A stretch of 28,732 nucleotides of DNA from an uncultured archaeon. Lineage in GTDB: Archaea; Asgardarchaeota; Thorarchaeia; Thorarchaeales; Thorarchaeaceae. The notes beneath the pieces were generated by a model. It made no database searches and had not been told where the DNA came from. It saw nothing but the letters and a program-made list of their open reading frames with translations. Of the stretch, positions 25,706-28,732 are shown in pieces. Position 1 is the first letter of the stretch, and each line of letters begins with the position of its first letter. Location: contig CAZVZC010000013.1 in NCBI GenBank assembly GCA_964631415.1, positions 1 through 28,732 on the forward strand. Reading direction: 5' to 3'. The position numbers and the translations under genes were made by a program.

Positions 25706-26803
25706 TTATTCTTGCTCTATCTCTCCCCATCGGTGACATCGAATCCAGTGTTCTTGCTCGACTTCCCTGTATTCAGGAATCTCGTTGCGGCATCTGTCAA
25801 CCATGAAGTCGCATCTGGGATGAAAAGGGCAGCCTTTGGGGACATCAGAGAGATCAGGTGGGTTTCCTCTTATCCCCCTCAGCACGGGCCTCTTGCCTCC
25901 GGCTTTCATGCGCATCATGGCTATTGTAGGGAAGGACGCCATCAACCCTTTGGTGTATGGATGGGCCGGGTGGTGGAACATCTGGACAGCAGTGCCGAAC
26001 TCCATGATCTTGCCCGCATACATCACGGCAACTCGGTCTGCAAGCTCGGCAACGACTCCAGCGTCATGGCTGATTACAAACAGAGCAACATTGAACTCGT
26101 CCCTGATCATTCTCAGAACGTTGAGTATCTGGCGCTGAACCGTCACATCCAGTGCCGAAGTTGGCTCATCAGCAATCACCAAGTATGGTCCAGAGATGAG
26201 TGATATAGCTATGAGAATCCGCTGTGCTTCGCCTCCGCTGAAACTGCCAGGATCCATTACGAATCGAGTACCAGCATCTGGCAGGCTCACCAATCCAAGG
26301 TACTCGAGGACTCTCCTCTTGAGCTGTATCAGACGGACGTGCTCATCATGAATCTCAACGGGCTCTCCAGTCTGCATGCCTATACTATACATGGGATTGA
26401 GCGCATGTCCCAAGCCCTGTGGAATCATTGACAGCTCTCTGCCCCTCAGCTTGACGAACTCCTCTTCAGGCAGCTTCGTCAGGTCCACTCCTCTGAAATA
26501 GATGCTCCCATGAACACCCGGCCTATCAGGTGTTTCGCTTTTCTGACCCTTGTCGAACTCTTTCCGAAGAGTCGGGTCACCGGAAGTACCCGCGGCGTAG
26601 CGAGCAACTCTCTCGAAGAACCCCATCACTGCAAGCGCCAGACTTGTCTTGCCGCAGCCGCTCTCTCCAAGCAGACCGACGCATTCTCCCTCTCGAACCA
26701 TGAAGCTGACATCGTCCACGGCCCTGATGAGTCCCTTCCTCGAGGCATAGTAAGCTCTGAGGTTCCTGACTGAGAGAGTTTCGGCTTTCGGCAAAGGCGC
26801 CAC
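25706..26803 (-). CDS. Orphan peptide ABC transporter ATPase (DppD-like)
   Basis: GESGCGKT, FSGGEAQR, VIADEPT, ISHD, HPYT and GCPFHPRC..C..C. TTTAATA lies ~26 nt upstream of GTG, consistent with a leaderless mRNA. Confidence 0.94.
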   Translation of the reverse strand: MAPLPKAETLSVRNLRAYYASRKGLIRAVDDVSFMVREGECVGLLGESGCGKTSLALAVMGFFERVARYAAGTSGDPTLRKEFDKGQKSETPDRPGVHGSIYFRGVDLTKLPEEEFVKLRGRELSMIPQGLGHALNPMYSIGMQTGEPVEIHDEHVRLIQLKRRVLEYLGLVSLPDAGTRFVMDPGSFSGGEAQRILIAISLISGPYLVIADEPTSALDVTVQRQILNVLRMIRDEFNVALFVISHDAGVVAELADRVAVMYAGKIMEFGTAVQMFHHPAHPYTKGLMASFPTIAMMRMKAGGKRPVLRGIRGNPPDLSDVPKGCPFHPRCDFMVDRCRNEIPEYREVEQEHWIRCHRWGEIEQE

Positions 26804-27007
26804 AATGCCTTCGCGTTCTACGCACTCGTATTAAACCCTATCACATGAGCACGCGGACTCATTGCCGTCTTTTCGCCAAACTGACACTCAGGACAAAAGT
26901 GGTAGTTCCGCTAGGCTACCACAGTGGGCTAAGGTGCCATGCCAACACGTTTCTTAGACCACACCCCTCAACGTCAAGACTTAAAACGAAGTTGCTTCGC
27001 GCTCAGA

Positions 27008-27134
27008 GTTGTCGGTCGAGGCACCACTGAGGGAAGCTGCCTAGTGAAGAACTTGACAGCTTCATCCGGCCTGGCGAAGCAGGTCTGGCTCGGTGGATCT
27101 CGGTAAGCAGTTCGTGTACTAGGGGAAGTCCAAT
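27008..27134 (+). promoter_or_regulatory. Candidate structured 5' leader of tdh with alternative pairings
   Basis: TATA-like TTAAAA at 26981-26986 implies a ~125-nt leader. CCTAGTG/TACTAGG and GAACT/AGTTC would sequester the purine-rich RBS region. Confidence 0.4.
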
Positions 27135-28091
27135 ATGAAACGCGTTCTAGTGACCGGCGCCTACGGCCAGATTGGCACTGAACTCATTGAAGCACTCAGG
27201 AATCGATACGGCGGTGAGAATGTCATTGCCACAGGGCGCAAGAAGCCGCCGGCGGTTTTGATCAAGGGTGGCCCTTACTATAGGCTTGATGCTCTTGACA
27301 TGAATGACCTTCAAAGAATGCTCGTTGACTACAACATTGACATAATCATTCACAACGTGTCTATCCTGTCGGCCGCTGGAGAGCAGAACCCGCAACTGGC
27401 ATGGGAAACAAACGTGCAGACCTCTTACAATGTTCTGGAGGCCGCGCGAATCATTGGGCTGGACAAGGTCATGATTCCCAGTTCCATAGCCGCCTTCGGT
27501 CCTAGCACACCTAGAGAGAACACGCCGAATGATGTCATTATGAGACCCACGACAATGTATGGTGTGACAAAGGTCGCCATTGAGCTTCTTGGGGAGTACT
27601 ACGCTCGCAAGTTCAATGTGGACTTTCGATCTCTGCGGTATCCGGGAATCATAAGCTCAGAGGCCCTGCCCGGTGGTGGGACCACGGACTACGCTGTCGC
27701 CATCTTCTACGAGGCAATCAGGAACAAGCGCTACACTAGCTTCTTGGCGAAGGACGCCCGCCTGCCAATGATGTACATGCCAGACTGCCTCAAGTCAACA
27801 ATCGACCTCATTGAAGCAGACGCGAAGAAGCTCATGCACAGATGCTTTAACGTCACTGCGGTGAGCTTCAGCCCCGAGGAGCTTGCTGCAGAGATCAAGA
27901 AGACAATCCCCGAGTTCGTGTGCGACTATAAACCTGATTTCCATCAGGCCATAGCTGACTCATGGCCAAAGTCAATTGATGACAGCGTCGCGAGGAAGGA
28001 GTGGGGCTGGAAGCCAGAATACGATTTGCCGGCTATGACCAAGGACATGATTAAGAAGCTCAGACAGAAACTCGGCGCTCCCGGGAAGTAG
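27135..28091 (+). CDS. tdh: L-threonine 3-dehydrogenase, SDR/UDP-galactose-4-epimerase-like type
   Basis: TGAYGQIG, LSAAGE, PSSIAAFG, MYGVTK, RYPG, PGGGTTDY, PMMYMPD and IADSWP. Confidence 0.92.
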   Translation: MKRVLVTGAYGQIGTELIEALRNRYGGENVIATGRKKPPAVLIKGGPYYRLDALDMNDLQRMLVDYNIDIIIHNVSILSAAGEQNPQLAWETNVQTSYNVLEAARIIGLDKVMIPSSIAAFGPSTPRENTPNDVIMRPTTMYGVTKVAIELLGEYYARKFNVDFRSLRYPGIISSEALPGGGTTDYAVAIFYEAIRNKRYTSFLAKDARLPMMYMPDCLKSTIDLIEADAKKLMHRCFNVTAVSFSPEELAAEIKKTIPEFVCDYKPDFHQAIADSWPKSIDDSVARKEWGWKPEYDLPAMTKDMIKKLRQKLGAPGK

Positions 28092-28097
28092 TTCAGT

Positions 28098-28146
28098 AAA
28101 GAGAAGGCGGTCGGCTGCACGATGCGGCAGGCCGGCACCCCTCTTT
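28098..28146 (+). terminator. Hairpin after tdh, between convergent genes
   Basis: AAAGAG/CTCTTT, GTCGGC/GCCGGC and TGC/GCA nested stems. Confidence 0.45.
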
Positions 28147-28201
28147 CATTGTTCCGGCATGGTTCCTCTGGAGTCATTGTCAGGAATTCGGTCTTGTCTT
28201 C

Positions 28202-28732
28202 CTAGAACACTCTCTTCTTGATCTCGACGCCCCGGGCACGCATGGCGTCGATGAATGCACCCGGAGGAATTGCTTTCTCTGGTGGTAGAACACCTCTCTC
28301 CTTTATGGTGCCGTCCGCCAACATGACGGCCGTCGCTGCAGCAGGAAAGGCAGTCGTTCTCATCATCGAAGTGAGGCCCGTCTTGTCATCATATGTGTCA
28401 ATGACCTCGTACTCGATTGTCCGTGACTCCGTCCCTTTCCATCCCTCTACAGTGATGCGAATCAGTGTCGCGTCCTTTCCTGAAGCCGGTAGGTTCTTCT
28501 CAAGGAGCTTCTCCAGAACTTTCCTCGGAGCTAGCTTGACGCCACCAAACTCCTGCTCACTGCTATCCATGAACCCGAGCTTATATAAGCACCACATCTT
28601 GTGCCCGTGACCGGGGTACCTGAGCGTCTTGTAGTCAAGATCCTTAATCTTTCCCTGGTATGTCAGTGGCAGCGTTGATGTCCCACCACTGGTATTGAAC
28701 GCTTCGAGCATCCCGAATGGCTCTGGGAACTG
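28202..28732 (-). CDS. Saccharopine dehydrogenase / lysine 6-dehydrogenase family protein, C-terminal part (5' end outside window)
   Basis: The frame is open to the window edge: QFPEPFGMLEAFNTSGGTSTL, YKTLRYPGH, MMRTTAFP and GVLPPE. Confidence 0.9.
   Translation of the reverse strand, partial: QFPEPFGMLEAFNTSGGTSTLPLTYQGKIKDLDYKTLRYPGHGHKMWCLYKLGFMDSSEQEFGGVKLAPRKVLEKLLEKNLPASGKDATLIRITVEGWKGTESRTIEYEVIDTYDDKTGLTSMMRTTAFPAAATAVMLADGTIKERGVLPPEKAIPPGAFIDAMRARGVEIKKRVF

Noticed and set aside
26874-26899. Glycine-riboswitch-like words (CGCC...CTCAGG..AAAAG) upstream of tdh
   Set aside because: The GGAGA and CCGAAG elements and P-stems are missing, and the site lies upstream of the probable TATA box.
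666-28610. Numerous short antisense or overlapping ORFs in the track (e.g. 12131-12688, 17763-18359, 18670-19203, 25712-26203, 26845-27030)
   Set aside because: They are shadow frames of well-supported genes, or lack an RBS, motifs and protein-like composition.
1-28732. CRISPR array, rRNA, tRNA, transposase or integrase
   Set aside because: No regularly spaced repeats or recognisable motifs were found by eye. An intron-split tRNA cannot be fully excluded without tRNAscan-SE.

Overview
Archaeal-type DNA: TATA-like boxes about 25-35 nt before many starts, GGTGA/GGAGG ribosome-binding motifs, and secreted proteins rich in N-X-S/T sequons. The gene content suggests an anaerobic heterotroph, possibly Asgard/Thorarchaeota-like, but that is inference and cannot be proven from this window. 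Bases ~1-5000 look like a decayed accessory or integrated element. It holds hypothetical secreted and membrane genes, a 5'-truncated replication-ATPase/helicase-like relic broken by two in-frame TAG codons, a perfect 18-bp inverted iteron-like repeat directly behind that relic, and a second structured inverted repeat at its right edge. The rest is host metabolism: rubrerythrin plus flavodiiron protein, a type-I membrane beta-sandwich protein, a penicillin-acylase-family Ntn hydrolase, two divergent tandem knotted-type carbamoyltransferases, a pair of membrane proteins sharing a duplicated 82-aa domain, a Dpp/Opp ABC system (divergent binding protein, unusual glycosylated DppC insertion, an extra orphan ATPase), several hypothetical proteins, an SDR-type L-threonine 3-dehydrogenase and a partial saccharopine/lysine dehydrogenase-family gene. 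Candidate structured 5' leaders precede the binding-protein and tdh genes, and long hairpins recur after stop codons. No tRNA, rRNA, CRISPR array or transposase was recognised. All RNA pairings were found by eye, not computed.
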